47,210 nt of DNA from an uncultured Collinsella sp. (GCA_900548495.1 URKT01000001.1:1-47210); one strand, 5' to 3'. Counted from the first letter of the stretch, positions 1 through 9,870 are shown. Notes: a model not told the origin generated them from the letters alone. Numbers and translations are program-made.

Positions 1-146
1 GTGTCGAGCAGCTGCGACTCCATGTCGCGTTCGTCGACGGTATGGGTGAGCTCGAGGATGCGGTCACTGATCGTGGACTTGCCATGGTCGATGTGCGCAA
101 CGATCGAGAAGTTGCGGATGTGGGAAATGTCAATTGAAGTATTCAT
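1..146 (-). CDS. lepA: Elongation factor 4 (LepA), 5' end; continues beyond the window
   Basis: Manual translation from ATG at 146: [48 protein letters not shown]; not in the ORF track. Confidence 0.95.
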   Translation of the reverse strand, partial: MNTSIDISHIRNFSIVAHIDHGKSTISDRILELTHTVDERDMESQLLD

Positions 147-171
147 GCGGACTATCTTACCCGAGCGGTAC

Positions 172-208
172 AAAAAATGGAGCCTGTTCCATAAAACAGG
201 CTCCATTT
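172..208 (-). terminator. Intrinsic terminator of rpsT
   Basis: 14-bp inverted repeat aaatggagcctgtt (175-188) / aacaggctccattt (195-208) with a T-run on the minus strand. Confidence 0.85.
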
Positions 209-242
209 ATGCGCGTAATCTGTGTGGTGTGAAATTTACAAC

Positions 243-509
243 TTAGGCGTTGATGCTGTTCACGAGCTTGGCAAGACCGGACTTGCGGTTGGAAGCCTGG
301 TTCTTGTGGATAACATGCTTGGCGGCAGCCATGTCGAGACGCTTGGTGACGGTCTTGAGGGCAGCCTGGGCCTTCTCGGCGTCGCCCTCGGCGACGGCGG
401 ACTGGACGTGCTTGGTCAGCGTCTTGAGCTCGGACTTGACAGCCTTGTTACGCATGCGAGCTGCCTCATTGGTGCGGATACGCTTCTTCTGAGACTTGAT
501 GTTTGCCAC
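243..509 (-). CDS. rpsT: 30S ribosomal protein S20
   Basis: GTG start at 509; [10 protein letters not shown]...[12 protein letters not shown]. Confidence 0.97.
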   Translation of the reverse strand: MANIKSQKKRIRTNEAARMRNKAVKSELKTLTKHVQSAVAEGDAEKAQAALKTVTKRLDMAAAKHVIHKNQASNRKSGLAKLVNSINA

Positions 510-642
510 TTCTGGAGTTCCTTTCGAGTTCCTTGCAAAAAATGTATGACACCTCTGAGACACGGTGAGGTCATGCAAGCGCCTACTATAGCACGCTCCC
601 CCTCAAAGGGATAGAACGAATTTGTCAAATAGGCAGGTATCA

Positions 643-1605
643 TCACGATTTTCTCAAGATGTTCGTAATCCAGAGCAAAAGCGCGGTCTGGGAATCAGCC
701 GAACCCTTCAGTGCGAGCTCCACATCGACGGCACCCTCGAGCGCAGCGACAAGCTCCGCCATCGAAAAGCGGCGTGCCCAGGTAAGGTGATTTTTGACCT
801 GCCAGGCCTGAAGCTTAAGCGTCGCGGCAAGCTCACGACCCTGCCCACGCGCATCGAGCGCCTTGGCAACGATAAGCTCGCGAATGCGCCCGCACAGCAA
901 TGTGTAAGTCCACACGTAGCTCTTGGCGGGCAGTAGATTGAAGAGCTCAAGCGAGCGGCGCATGTCACGGGCCGAGACCGCATTGAGAAAGTCCCAGGGC
1001 TGAACTTCGGCCGTGCGCACGATCCAGCGCTCCACATTGGCAAGCTCAATTTGCGGCGCCTCGACCATCTGGGCAAGCTTGGCCAAGTCGTTATCGAGCA
1101 TGCGGGTGTTCTCGCCCGAGCGCGAAACGAGCTCCTCGGCGGCCGCCATCGAGATAGACTTTCCGTGCTGCGTCGCCATCTGTTGCACGCGGCGTGGGAG
1201 CTCCCAGCGCTTGGTGCCCGAACAATCGACGATAGCCTTCTTGTCGATCTTGGCGATCGCCTTGTACAGGCGCGTGTTCTTGGCAAGCGAATCGGCAATA
1301 ATGAGACAGACCGTCGTGGGACTGGGACTTGCGAGGTACTCGACAAGCGGTTCCGAGACCGCCTTGGCAAGCTTGGAGCAGCCGTCGAGGATCACCAGGC
1401 GAAACTCGCTGCCCATGGGAAAGGTATTGAGCGAGCCGATGATCGACTCGATATCGGGATCTTTCGTCATGTCACGTTCATCGAGGTTGAACTCAACCAT
1501 ACCCGACTTTTCCAAGCGAGCTTTCATACGCGAGACGGCGTGGTCGCGCTTGACCCCATCGGTACCGACGATCAGATATGCCGGCAACAGACCGGTTTCG
1601 GACAT
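643..1605 (-). CDS. holA: DNA polymerase III delta subunit
   Basis: PAYLIVG N-terminus, LNTFPMGSEFRLVIL, C-terminal DVELALKG; sits between comEC and rpsT; GGGAGG RBS before ATG 1605. Confidence 0.9.
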   Translation of the reverse strand: MSETGLLPAYLIVGTDGVKRDHAVSRMKARLEKSGMVEFNLDERDMTKDPDIESIIGSLNTFPMGSEFRLVILDGCSKLAKAVSEPLVEYLASPSPTTVCLIIADSLAKNTRLYKAIAKIDKKAIVDCSGTKRWELPRRVQQMATQHGKSISMAAAEELVSRSGENTRMLDNDLAKLAQMVEAPQIELANVERWIVRTAEVQPWDFLNAVSARDMRRSLELFNLLPAKSYVWTYTLLCGRIRELIVAKALDARGQGRELAATLKLQAWQVKNHLTWARRFSMAELVAALEGAVDVELALKGSADSQTALLLWITNILRKS

Positions 1606-1683
1606 CGCGCTCCCCTCCCGCAGGCCTTCGTATTCGCTTCGTGCCATTCTAGCCCAGGGGCCCACCACACGCCAACGACGTCG

Positions 1684-1943
1684 TCACGGTTGCTGGCATC
1701 GCATCGCAAAGCCATTCGCAGTCGGCGTGACGGTAATGTCGCCGTGTTCGATAGTGCACGCGAAAACGCCGCCCGCTTCCTTAACGGCATCGATGCAGGC
1801 ATCGGACGGATGGCCGTATCGATTCCCCTCGCCCGCGCTCGCGAGGGAAAGCTCGGGCTTCAGGACGTCCAGCAACTCACCATCAACTGAAACCTTAGAG
1901 CCGTGATGCCCAAGTTTAAGGACATCGATATCCCCCACCTCCC
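1684..1943 (-). pseudogene. comEC: ComEC/Rec2 C-terminal fragment (metallo-beta-lactamase domain end)
   Basis: DIDVLKLGHHGSK...SAGEGNRYGHP motifs directly upstream of holA; only about 85 codons remain. Confidence 0.85.
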
Positions 1944-2086
1944 TCGACACCGACCTGGCCATGGGTCTCGACCTTAATGGTCAGACCTCGCTCGGCAGCT
2001 GCCTTCTCCAGCGCCTCCTTCGCCATGAAGGTGTGCGCAATGCCGGTCGGGCAACCGGTGGCGGCGATGATGTCAAACTTAGCCAT
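1943..2086 (-). pseudogene. PTS fructose-family EIIB, truncated after about 48 codons
   Basis: MAKFDIIAATGCPTGIAHTFMAKEAL...IKVETHGQVGVE, then runs out of frame into comEC DNA and stops at 1916; AAGGAGG RBS. Confidence 0.85.
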
Positions 2087-2358
2087 GTGTCCCTCCTTTT
2101 TAAGTTTTGCGCCCGCAGGCGCTCCCCTACACGCGCGTCCTTGCGCGCTTTTCCACAACTGAAAGATACCAACCTACCGTCCGCGTGAGAAGAGCTTAGG
2201 TGCAAATCTCCGGTGAAAGGTTCTTTCATAACCGTAAACGGTAAGTGAAAGTTTACCATCAACACTTGAAACGGCAAGGTGTATCTTGTAATTGAAAATG
2301 CCCATATACTATGGCATTGCGAATCAAATTAGATTTTCATGCCAACCAGGAGCCATCC

Positions 2359-3216
2359 ATGACCGATAGTAGCAAGAGCGCACTTTCCCTCATTAGCACC
2401 CATCAGGGATACAGCGAGTCCGAGCAGCGCATTGTCGACTATATATTGGAGCACCAGTCCGAGGCGCCACGCCTCACGGCCGCTCAGCTCTCGCGCGCCG
2501 CCGCCACGTCCGAGGCGACCGTTTCGCGCTTCTGCCGCAAGCTTGGGTTTGGCAGCTTCCGCAGCTTTCAGTTTTCGTTGGCGAGGGATTTGGAAAGCCA
2601 GCGCAACGAGGGCCTGACCGACGAGGTCTCGCTCGACAATATGGAGCAGAGCCTCAAGAACATCCTGGCTGCCAAGGTGAGCGAGCTTAATGCGACCATC
2701 GACGGAATCGACCACGATACGCTGGCGGCTGTTGTGCATGCCCTTAAGCATGCAGGGGTTATTGAGTTTGCGGCTGTGGGCAATACGAACGCGGTCGCGC
2801 TCGATGCGACGTTTAAGTTTTCGCAGCTGGGCCTGCGCTGCATGGCGAGCACCATTAGCGAGACATCAATCGGCTTTGCGCTCACGTTGCGCCCGGGTGA
2901 CGTTATCGTGCTAATCTCAAACTCTGGCAAATCGCGCCGACTGAATCGCATGGCAAAAGCGGCTCGCGACTGCGGCGCAACCGTAGTCGTCATCAGCAGC
3001 GACAGCAAATCCCCACTCGCGCGCCTGGCAGACTACACTTTTTATACCGTCAACCACGAAGCGCTACTGACAACGGGCGACTTTGCGTTCTCCAAGATCA
3101 GCGCCACGATGATCATCGAAGTCATCTACAACTTCCTGCTGCCCGAGATTGAAGACGCGCGTGAGCATATCAGCTACTACGAGGAGCTCATCCAGCCGGA
3201 TAAGGTTGTGGAGTAG
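2359..3216 (+). CDS. MurR/RpiR family transcriptional regulator (HTH + SIS)
   Basis: SEATVSRFCRKLGFGSF HTH, LISNSGKS SIS motif; AGGAG RBS; divergent from the PTS remnant. Confidence 0.92.
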   Translation: MTDSSKSALSLISTHQGYSESEQRIVDYILEHQSEAPRLTAAQLSRAAATSEATVSRFCRKLGFGSFRSFQFSLARDLESQRNEGLTDEVSLDNMEQSLKNILAAKVSELNATIDGIDHDTLAAVVHALKHAGVIEFAAVGNTNAVALDATFKFSQLGLRCMASTISETSIGFALTLRPGDVIVLISNSGKSRRLNRMAKAARDCGATVVVISSDSKSPLARLADYTFYTVNHEALLTTGDFAFSKISATMIIEVIYNFLLPEIEDAREHISYYEELIQPDKVVE

Positions 3217-3250
3217 GCTTTATAGGGAGTCGTTAGTTGCTTGTCGCACG

Positions 3251-3400
3251 AAACTATGCCGGTTTACTACGATGAAATCGCAATGTATGACCATATCGCG
3301 TTTTGAAAGAAAACCGCAGGCGTTCTACCTGCGGTTTTCTTTTTGCAATATTAGCTGTGCTCGAGCTATGCCGATTCATCGTAGTAAACCGGCATAGTTT
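3251..3400. repeat. 150-bp nested inverted-repeat element (MITE/REP-like); may also act as a bidirectional terminator
   Basis: Perfect 26-bp terminal IR (3251-3276 / 3375-3400) enclosing a perfect 15-bp IR (3306-3320 / 3328-3342). Confidence 0.7.
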
Positions 3401-3476
3401 TTGACGGTCGGGCCAGACGGGCAAGTGGCGAGGCAAGGATTATTGATATTTTACCCCCCAACACCGCCGACTCGTT

Positions 3477-5105
3477 CTAACCTCGAGCCTCTTCCAGCAT
3501 CTGCCTGGCGTGGGCCAAGCTTGCCTCAGACTGATCGCCGCTCAACATGCGGGCGATCTCGGCGGTACGCGCTTCGCCGGTTACCTCATCCAAATGCGTT
3601 TGGGGAACATCGCCCGGTTCCTTGCTGACGACATAATGCTTGTCAGCCATGACGGCGACCTGCGCCAAATGGGTTACGACAATCACCTGATGCGTAGCGG
3701 CGAGATCTGCCAGCACGCCCGCAAGTGCACGCGCCGTGGAGCCACCGACACCAGCATCGACCTCGTCAAACACCAGTGTATCGACACCGTCCGCGTTACC
3801 GAGGACAACCTTGCTCGCCAGCATGACGCGGCTGAGCTCACCGCCCGACGCAATTCGACGCAAGGGGCGCGGCGTCAAACCGGCACCGCTGCGGTATAGC
3901 AGCTCGTAGCTCGAAGGACCAACGGGCGTCCACTCAGCACGGGGAAGATCACGCGACTCCCAGACGAGCTCGGCACTACCCATCTCCAGGCGAGCCATCT
4001 GGCGGCCCACCTCGTGACAGAAGCGCGGGGCCGCCGTATTGCGAGCGCGCTTAAGCGCCTTGGCGGCAGCAAACAGTTCGCGCTCCGCCGCGCCAAGCGC
4101 TTCACGCGCCTTTTTGATCTGTTCATCGCCATCATCAACCAGGGACAGCAGCTCTTGCGAGCGATCGCGCATGGCAAAAACATCGTCCATAGTGGGACCC
4201 CACTGACGCAACAGACCCTTGAGGTCGGAATACCGCTCACGCATGCGAGCGAGCTCGCGCGGGTCGAAGGCGATGCCATCGCGATAGGCACGAAGCTCGT
4301 TCGCGCAATCCTCAAGGGAGATACAGGCATCCGAAAGTGCATCGGCGATGTCACCCAGCTTGCGATCGACGGTCGCCATGCGTGAAAGCTCGGCCACGGC
4401 GCCATTCACGGCATCGAGCGCTCCCCCTTCGGCGGCAAGCGATGCATGGGCATCGCTAGCTGTGGCAACCAGCACCTCGGCATGTTCGGAGCGCGGCAGC
4501 AGTTCCTCGAGTTCCTCATACTCGCCCGGTTTAGGGTCGACCTCGCCGATGCGCTCGAGCGCAAAGCGCGCCTCCTCGACGCGGCTCCCCTGCGCACGCG
4601 AGGCCTCTTCAACACGTCGAACCTCCTTGGCGGCAGCACGCGATGCCTTAAAGCAGGCGCGGTACGCATCCAGCGCCTCGAGCGCAGAGCGTCCCGCCCA
4701 CGCATCGACCATCGCAACGTGATGTGCCGAATCGAGCAAGCGCTGGTGCTCGTGTTGGCCGCACAGATCCATCATCACACCAACGCGCTCCGAAAGCTCG
4801 CGCACACTGGCGATGCGGCCGTCAATCTTAACGCGACTGCGGCCCTCGGCAGAAAGGCTGCGCTGGACCGTGAAGCCCTCCGTGTCGTGCGGTCCGTCAA
4901 AGAGTCGCGCCTCGACGCTCGCCAGCGCCTCACCCTCGCGCACCGTCGAGGAATCCGCGCGCTCGCCCAAAATAAGCTTGAGGGCCGAGAGCAGCGCGGT
5001 CTTGCCGGCGCCGGTCTCGCCTGTCAGGACAGTCAGGCCGGCACTCGGCACCAGCGTCGCCTCGCGAATGAGTGCAATGTTAGAAACCTGCAGCTCATCG
5101 ATCAT
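3477..5105 (-). CDS. recN: DNA repair protein RecN
   Basis: TGETGAGKT Walker A, GQHEHQ, IASGGELSR, VFDEVDAGVGG. Confidence 0.96.
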   Translation of the reverse strand: MIDELQVSNIALIREATLVPSAGLTVLTGETGAGKTALLSALKLILGERADSSTVREGEALASVEARLFDGPHDTEGFTVQRSLSAEGRSRVKIDGRIASVRELSERVGVMMDLCGQHEHQRLLDSAHHVAMVDAWAGRSALEALDAYRACFKASRAAAKEVRRVEEASRAQGSRVEEARFALERIGEVDPKPGEYEELEELLPRSEHAEVLVATASDAHASLAAEGGALDAVNGAVAELSRMATVDRKLGDIADALSDACISLEDCANELRAYRDGIAFDPRELARMRERYSDLKGLLRQWGPTMDDVFAMRDRSQELLSLVDDGDEQIKKAREALGAAERELFAAAKALKRARNTAAPRFCHEVGRQMARLEMGSAELVWESRDLPRAEWTPVGPSSYELLYRSGAGLTPRPLRRIASGGELSRVMLASKVVLGNADGVDTLVFDEVDAGVGGSTARALAGVLADLAATHQVIVVTHLAQVAVMADKHYVVSKEPGDVPQTHLDEVTGEARTAEIARMLSGDQSEASLAHARQMLEEARG

Positions 5106-5955
5106 GACGGACTCCGTAGAATACGCGGCTCACCGAGTTATAGAAGCTCTCGGGGCCGTAATCCAGCAGCAACACATCTCCGGGCCCGCGACGCACAGCC
5201 ACGCTCTCGACCGTACCATCACAAGTAATAAACTGTCCGTCGATAGCGATCGCCGGAACGCTCGGACGATCATCAGACATAAAGATTTCGACGACATCAC
5301 TCGGCGAAGTCAAGAAGGCACGGGCCTGAATGGTGTGCGGCGCAATGGGTACGCAGACCATGCCCGTATAGTCGGGGCTCACGATGGGGCCACCGGCACT
5401 GAGCGCGTAACCCGTAGAACCAGTCGCCGTGGACACGACCACGCCGTCGCCACGCAGTCGATCGATATGGTGGCCCGACACCGTGATGTCGAACTCGACC
5501 ATATCGGACAGCGGACCGCGGGTAAGCGCCATGTCGTTGAGGGCGAAGGTGCGCACGACATCCTTCGTACCGTCTTCGCGCACGGACACGATATCCGCGG
5601 CGATGGTAGCGCGACGGCTCACATGCAGCTCGCCGGACAGGGCGTCGCTCACGACCTGCAGAATGTCACGCTCCTCGGGACTCGCAGCAGTTAAAAAGCC
5701 CAGGTGACCATAGGAAAGACCGAGGATAGGAATCTCGCGATGGTTGAGGATGCGGGCAGCGCGCAGCAACGTACCGTCGCCGCCGAGCGTAATGACCAGA
5801 TCGGAGCCGTCAATATCAGGCGTGCTTTGAATCTTCGATCGCTGGTCGGCAGCCCATGCGACCTCATAGCCCTGGCGCGTCAGCCAAAGCTCGAGCATCA
5901 GGCCGCTCTCGACCGCCTCTTGCTTGTAGTAATTGGGAACCAGAAAGACCTTCAT
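5095..5955 (-). CDS. nadK: NAD(+)/NADH kinase
   Basis: LGGDGTLL, GHLGFL, STATGSTGYALSAGGP. Confidence 0.95.
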   Translation of the reverse strand: MKVFLVPNYYKQEAVESGLMLELWLTRQGYEVAWAADQRSKIQSTPDIDGSDLVITLGGDGTLLRAARILNHREIPILGLSYGHLGFLTAASPEERDILQVVSDALSGELHVSRRATIAADIVSVREDGTKDVVRTFALNDMALTRGPLSDMVEFDITVSGHHIDRLRGDGVVVSTATGSTGYALSAGGPIVSPDYTGMVCVPIAPHTIQARAFLTSPSDVVEIFMSDDRPSVPAIAIDGQFITCDGTVESVAVRRGPGDVLLLDYGPESFYNSVSRVFYGVRHDR

Positions 5956-6764
5956 AGCGTTGCAGCTTTCTCGCTCAAAACCGATACCTGGGATTGCAGC
6001 ACGTCTTGCGAGCGGTCGCCAGATTCAAATCTCGTGCCGTACAGGAAAAACTCAACGTTGCCCTTGGCACCATGAATGGGCGACACGCACACATCGACCG
6101 GGAACAACCCCTTGGCAGCAAAGAGCTCAACCGCCGCCACGAGCGTATCGCGGCGCACAGCGGGATCGGTCACAATGCCGCCCTCGCCCACCAGCGCCGC
6201 CGGAGCTTCAAACTGTGGCTTTACGAGCGTGCAGAATGCACCCGTAGGCGCCAGGCACGCCAGTACCGCATCGATAATGTTCGCGATGCTGGTAAACGAG
6301 ACATCACACACAGCCAGGTCGATGGCGCCGGCATAGCCAAGCTCAGGCAGCTGCGTCACGTTTGTGCGCTCATGCAGCGTCACGCGATCGTCCTGACGCA
6401 ACGACCAATCGAACTGGGCGCGACCCACGTCCACAGAGACAACGGTCGCAGCTCCGCGCTTGAGCAGGCAATCGGTAAAACCCCCGGTAGAGCAGCCCAC
6501 ATCCAAACAGGCAAGGCCCGTCGGATTGATGCCAAACGCATCAAGCGCGCCTTCGAGCTTAAGACCGCCGCGGCCAACATAGGGAATGCGCCCCTTCACG
6601 TGCAGCGGCAGCCCCGGCATCACCTTAAGACCCGGCGAAGTCAAGCGCTCACCGCCACTCGAGACCAAGCCGGCCATAAGAGTGCGAAGGGCATCCGCGC
6701 GATCGGCGCAGATGCCCTGTGAAATCAGTTCGTCATCAAGACGCACGCGTTTCATGAATGCCAT
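5952..6764 (-). CDS. tlyA: TlyA family rRNA 2'-O-methyltransferase
   Basis: S4-like N-terminus, YVGRGGLKL, DVGCSTGGFT, DVSFTS, LVKPQFE; start may be 6755. Confidence 0.93.
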   Translation of the reverse strand: MAFMKRVRLDDELISQGICADRADALRTLMAGLVSSGGERLTSPGLKVMPGLPLHVKGRIPYVGRGGLKLEGALDAFGINPTGLACLDVGCSTGGFTDCLLKRGAATVVSVDVGRAQFDWSLRQDDRVTLHERTNVTQLPELGYAGAIDLAVCDVSFTSIANIIDAVLACLAPTGAFCTLVKPQFEAPAALVGEGGIVTDPAVRRDTLVAAVELFAAKGLFPVDVCVSPIHGAKGNVEFFLYGTRFESGDRSQDVLQSQVSVLSEKAATL

Positions 6765-6790
6765 CAACCATTCGTATCCGGAGATGCAGC

Positions 6791-7030
6791 CTAGCTATCC
6801 TGGGATTCGTTTGCCGCATCCTCATCATATTCCTGCTCGAGCTTGTCGGCCTCACGCGGCGTCAGCTCAAACTTGTCGACCATATCGACCGCGCGGGAGC
6901 CCAGCTCAATCGCTTCGTCAAACAAATCGAGCGAACGCTCCAAGGAGGTATCCTTGGAACGAACGGTAGCGATGATCTGGTCCAAGCGGTCCGAAATCTC
7001 GTCGAAGTTGCGGACGGAACCCTCTGGCAT
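6791..7030 (-). CDS. xseB: Exodeoxyribonuclease VII small subunit
   Basis: FDE..RLDQII...SLERSLDLFDEAIEL pattern. Confidence 0.8.
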   Translation of the reverse strand: MPEGSVRNFDEISDRLDQIIATVRSKDTSLERSLDLFDEAIELGSRAVDMVDKFELTPREADKLEQEYDEDAANESQDS

Positions 7031-7032
7031 GG

Positions 7033-7626
7033 CTACTCCTCGACGGTACCGGTCTCGGCCTCGGCGACCTCAGCAGCGTCCACGTCCTCGGACAGCACGC
7101 CAGTCTCGGCCTGGGCAACCGCAACCTTGGCGGCAGCCTCGGCAGCCTGTGCCTCCTCGCGAGCGCGATCTTCGGCCAGCAGCTCTTGGTACAGGTCCTC
7201 GCCTGGCAGCTCCTCGCTGCGAGCGATCTTGCCCAGCACGCCGTTGACGAACGAAGCGGACTGGTCGGTGCCATAGGCCTTGGCAAGCTCGACGGCCTCG
7301 TTGATTACGATGGCGTCCGAGACCTCCTCGTCGGTGAGGAAGCGCATCTCATAGACGGCGATACGCAGCAAGTTGCGGTCGGCGCCGGGCATGCGCATAA
7401 GATCCCAGTTCTTGGCGACGGCGCGCAGAGCGCAGTCGATACGATCGATATGCTCGTAGGCACCGCGGCAAAGCTCCAGCGCATAGGGGTCGAGGGGACC
7501 CTTCGAGATCAGGAAATCGCCCTCGAGGACGCGCTCGAGCGGGCTGTCCGTGGCCTCGGCCTGGAACAGCAGCTGCAGCGCCTGACTGCGGGCAAGCGTG
7601 CGCCCGCGATAAACCTTAAGGCTCAA
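7033..7626 (-). CDS. nusB: Transcription antitermination factor NusB, with an acidic C-terminal extension
   Basis: RTLARSQALQLLF, DRNLLRIAVYEM, INEAVELAKAYG, FVNGVL. Confidence 0.95.
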   Translation of the reverse strand: MSLKVYRGRTLARSQALQLLFQAEATDSPLERVLEGDFLISKGPLDPYALELCRGAYEHIDRIDCALRAVAKNWDLMRMPGADRNLLRIAVYEMRFLTDEEVSDAIVINEAVELAKAYGTDQSASFVNGVLGKIARSEELPGEDLYQELLAEDRAREEAQAAEAAAKVAVAQAETGVLSEDVDAAEVAEAETGTVEE

Positions 7627-7629
7627 AGG

Positions 7630-7992
7630 TTACTCCTTGGGGAAAACGAGGCCGTCAATGCAAACGTCAACGCGCTCGACCTCGACGCCCACCTGAGCAT
7701 CGATGGCGGCGACCACGGCGGCGCGAACGGCCTCGGCGAGCTTCTTGAACGGATAGCCAAAGAACACCACGACACGCACGGTGAGTGCGAGCTTGTCGCC
7801 GACGACCTCGGCCTCGACCGCCGGCTCGGAAGCAGGGGCCTTGGACGAGAGCATCATGGAGACAAGGTTGGTGGCAAGGTCCTTGACGCCAACGGAGGCG
7901 ATGCCCTCGACATCCGACACGGCGCGCGAGACGATGGCGGTCAGAACATCGGGCGAAATGCCGATGCCGTCAATCTTGATTTCCTGGGGCAT
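7630..7992 (-). CDS. Asp23/Gls24 family envelope stress protein
   Basis: ISPDVLTAIV...DVEGI, C-terminal VERVDVCIDGL; efp-asp23-nusB synteny. Confidence 0.88.
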   Translation of the reverse strand: MPQEIKIDGIGISPDVLTAIVSRAVSDVEGIASVGVKDLATNLVSMMLSSKAPASEPAVEAEVVGDKLALTVRVVVFFGYPFKKLAEAVRAAVVAAIDAQVGVEVERVDVCIDGLVFPKE

Positions 7993-8016
7993 GAGTCCTC
8001 CTAGAAGAGTTGGTTG

Positions 8017-8580
8017 CTAGACGCGGGAGACGAACTTGCCGTCGCGGGTGTCAACCTTGATGACCTCGCCCTCGTTGAGGTACATGGGGACCTGGATGAC
8101 AGCGCCGGTGTCGATCGTGGCCGGCTTGGTGGAACCCTGGACGGTGTCGCCCTTAAAGCCCGGGTCGGTCTGGACGATGGTGGTCTCGATGAACATCGGC
8201 GGGGTCACGCCCATGAGCTCATCGTCGGCGAAGAGCAGCTGGCAAATGTCGTTCTCGCGCAGCCACTTGGAGTTCTCGCCCACCATGTCCTCGGGAACGG
8301 GAACCTGCTCATAGGTCTCGTTGTCCATGAAGATGTAGTCGGCGCCATCGTTGTAGAGGTACTGGAACTCACGGGTGGTGAGCATGACGCTCTCGAACTT
8401 GGTGCCGGCGTTGCAGGTGTTCTCGACGACGCGGCCGCTCTTGATGTCGCGGGTCTTGTAGCGCACAAACGCGCCGCCCTTGCCCGGCTTGACATGCTGG
8501 AACTCGACGATGGTGTAGACCTTGTCCTTGATGCGGAGACCGAGGCCGTTCTTGAAGTCGGCGGTAGAAATGGTAGGCAT
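8017..8580 (-). CDS. efp: Elongation factor P
   Basis: HVKPGKGGAFVR, PGFKGDT, KVDTRDGKFVSR. Confidence 0.97.
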   Translation of the reverse strand: MPTISTADFKNGLGLRIKDKVYTIVEFQHVKPGKGGAFVRYKTRDIKSGRVVENTCNAGTKFESVMLTTREFQYLYNDGADYIFMDNETYEQVPVPEDMVGENSKWLRENDICQLLFADDELMGVTPPMFIETTIVQTDPGFKGDTVQGSTKPATIDTGAVIQVPMYLNEGEVIKVDTRDGKFVSRV

Positions 8581-8685
8581 AGCGACCTTTCTTGTTATGG
8601 GCAGAACGCACAAGCGTCCAAATTACATACGACAGAAATTATACACTTGCAGACGGCTGCTGCAGCGAGCGCATAAAAAGAGAAC

Positions 8686-8717
8686 GCGGGGCGTCCGAAT
8701 CGATCCGGACGCCCCGC
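8686..8717 (-). terminator. Probable terminator after the Xaa-Pro peptidase gene
   Basis: 12-bp GC stem gcggggcgtccg / cggacgccccgc followed by gttctcttttt on the minus strand. Confidence 0.65.
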
Positions 8718-8739
8718 CCCAAAAATCTATCGAAATGGG

Positions 8740-9870
8740 CTAGCAATCGATGACGTGCAGGTCGTGCGGGGTCTTGGTGAAGGGCTCGTAGCCGTTCTCG
8801 GTGACCACGCCGTAGTCCTCCAGACGCACGCCGCCCACACCGGGCAGATACACGCCGGGCTCCATGGTGATAACCGAGCCGACCTCGATGATATTCTTGC
8901 TTCGGTTGAAGTTGGGCAGCTCATGGATGTCGATGCCCACGCCGTGGCCCAGACCATGGTTGTAGTAATCGCCATAGCCGGCATCGCCGATGATCTTCTT
9001 GGAAAGCTTGAAAATGTCGTTGCCCTCGACGCCCGGATGAATGGCGGCGACGCATTCCTCGTGCGTGCGGCGCACGAGTGCGTACAGGTCGAGCTGCTCT
9101 TGCGTGGGCTCGCCCATCACGACGGTGCGCGTCATGTCGGAGCGGTAATCACAGTAGCCCGCGCCGTAATCCATGAGGACGAAATCGCCCTTCTCGATCA
9201 CGCGATCGCTCGGCACGGCATGCGGGTTGGCGGTGTTGGGGCCGCTCGCGACGATGGAACCGAAGGCCAGGCTGTCAGCACCGTTGGCGAACATAAAGTT
9301 CTCGAGCTCGTTGCGTACCTGTTTCTCGGTCATACCGGGCTTAATAAAGCCGAGCATGTGCTGGAAGGCGGCGTCGGTGATCGACTGTGCGTGGCGCATG
9401 AGCTCGATCTCCTCGGCGTCCTTGATGGCGCGCATCTTGCGGATGTCGTCATGCATCAGCGGCAACATGCAGGCGACGGAACGATCCTCCAGACCACGCT
9501 GAATACCCTGGTAGAAGTTGATCTGCATGTCGTCCTCGACAGCGCAGACGCGGCACTTGTTGGCCGCGATCTTGCCGGCGACCCAACCGGGGATGGTGCC
9601 CTCGTCCATGTCGTAGATCCAGGGGCTGCCGGCGGGCGTGTTCTCCTCAAAGCTGTTGAGGTAGCGCGAGTCGGTATGGAACAGGCACTGGTCGGCCGTA
9701 ATAAACGCCGCGTGCGGGAACTCGAAGGTGTAGTCGAAGACGCCCTTCACGCCCGTAAGCCAACGAAGGTTGGCCTCGTCGCGCACCACGATAGCGTCGT
9801 AGCCGCGCTCGGCCATCAGGGCACGGACACGCTCGATACGACCGGCAGGACCGGCAGCAAACTCAGACAT
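8740..9870 (-). CDS. Xaa-Pro aminopeptidase/dipeptidase (M24 family)
   Basis: [34 protein letters not shown]. Confidence 0.94.
   Translation of the reverse strand: MSEFAAGPAGRIERVRALMAERGYDAIVVRDEANLRWLTGVKGVFDYTFEFPHAAFITADQCLFHTDSRYLNSFEENTPAGSPWIYDMDEGTIPGWVAGKIAANKCRVCAVEDDMQINFYQGIQRGLEDRSVACMLPLMHDDIRKMRAIKDAEEIELMRHAQSITDAAFQHMLGFIKPGMTEKQVRNELENFMFANGADSLAFGSIVASGPNTANPHAVPSDRVIEKGDFVLMDYGAGYCDYRSDMTRTVVMGEPTQEQLDLYALVRRTHEECVAAIHPGVEGNDIFKLSKKIIGDAGYGDYYNHGLGHGVGIDIHELPNFNRSKNIIEVGSVITMEPGVYLPGVGGVRLEDYGVVTENGYEPFTKTPHDLHVIDC

Noticed and set aside
3254..3436. Short ORFs on both strands sharing LCRFTTM
   Set aside because: The shared peptide is only a product of the inverted repeat
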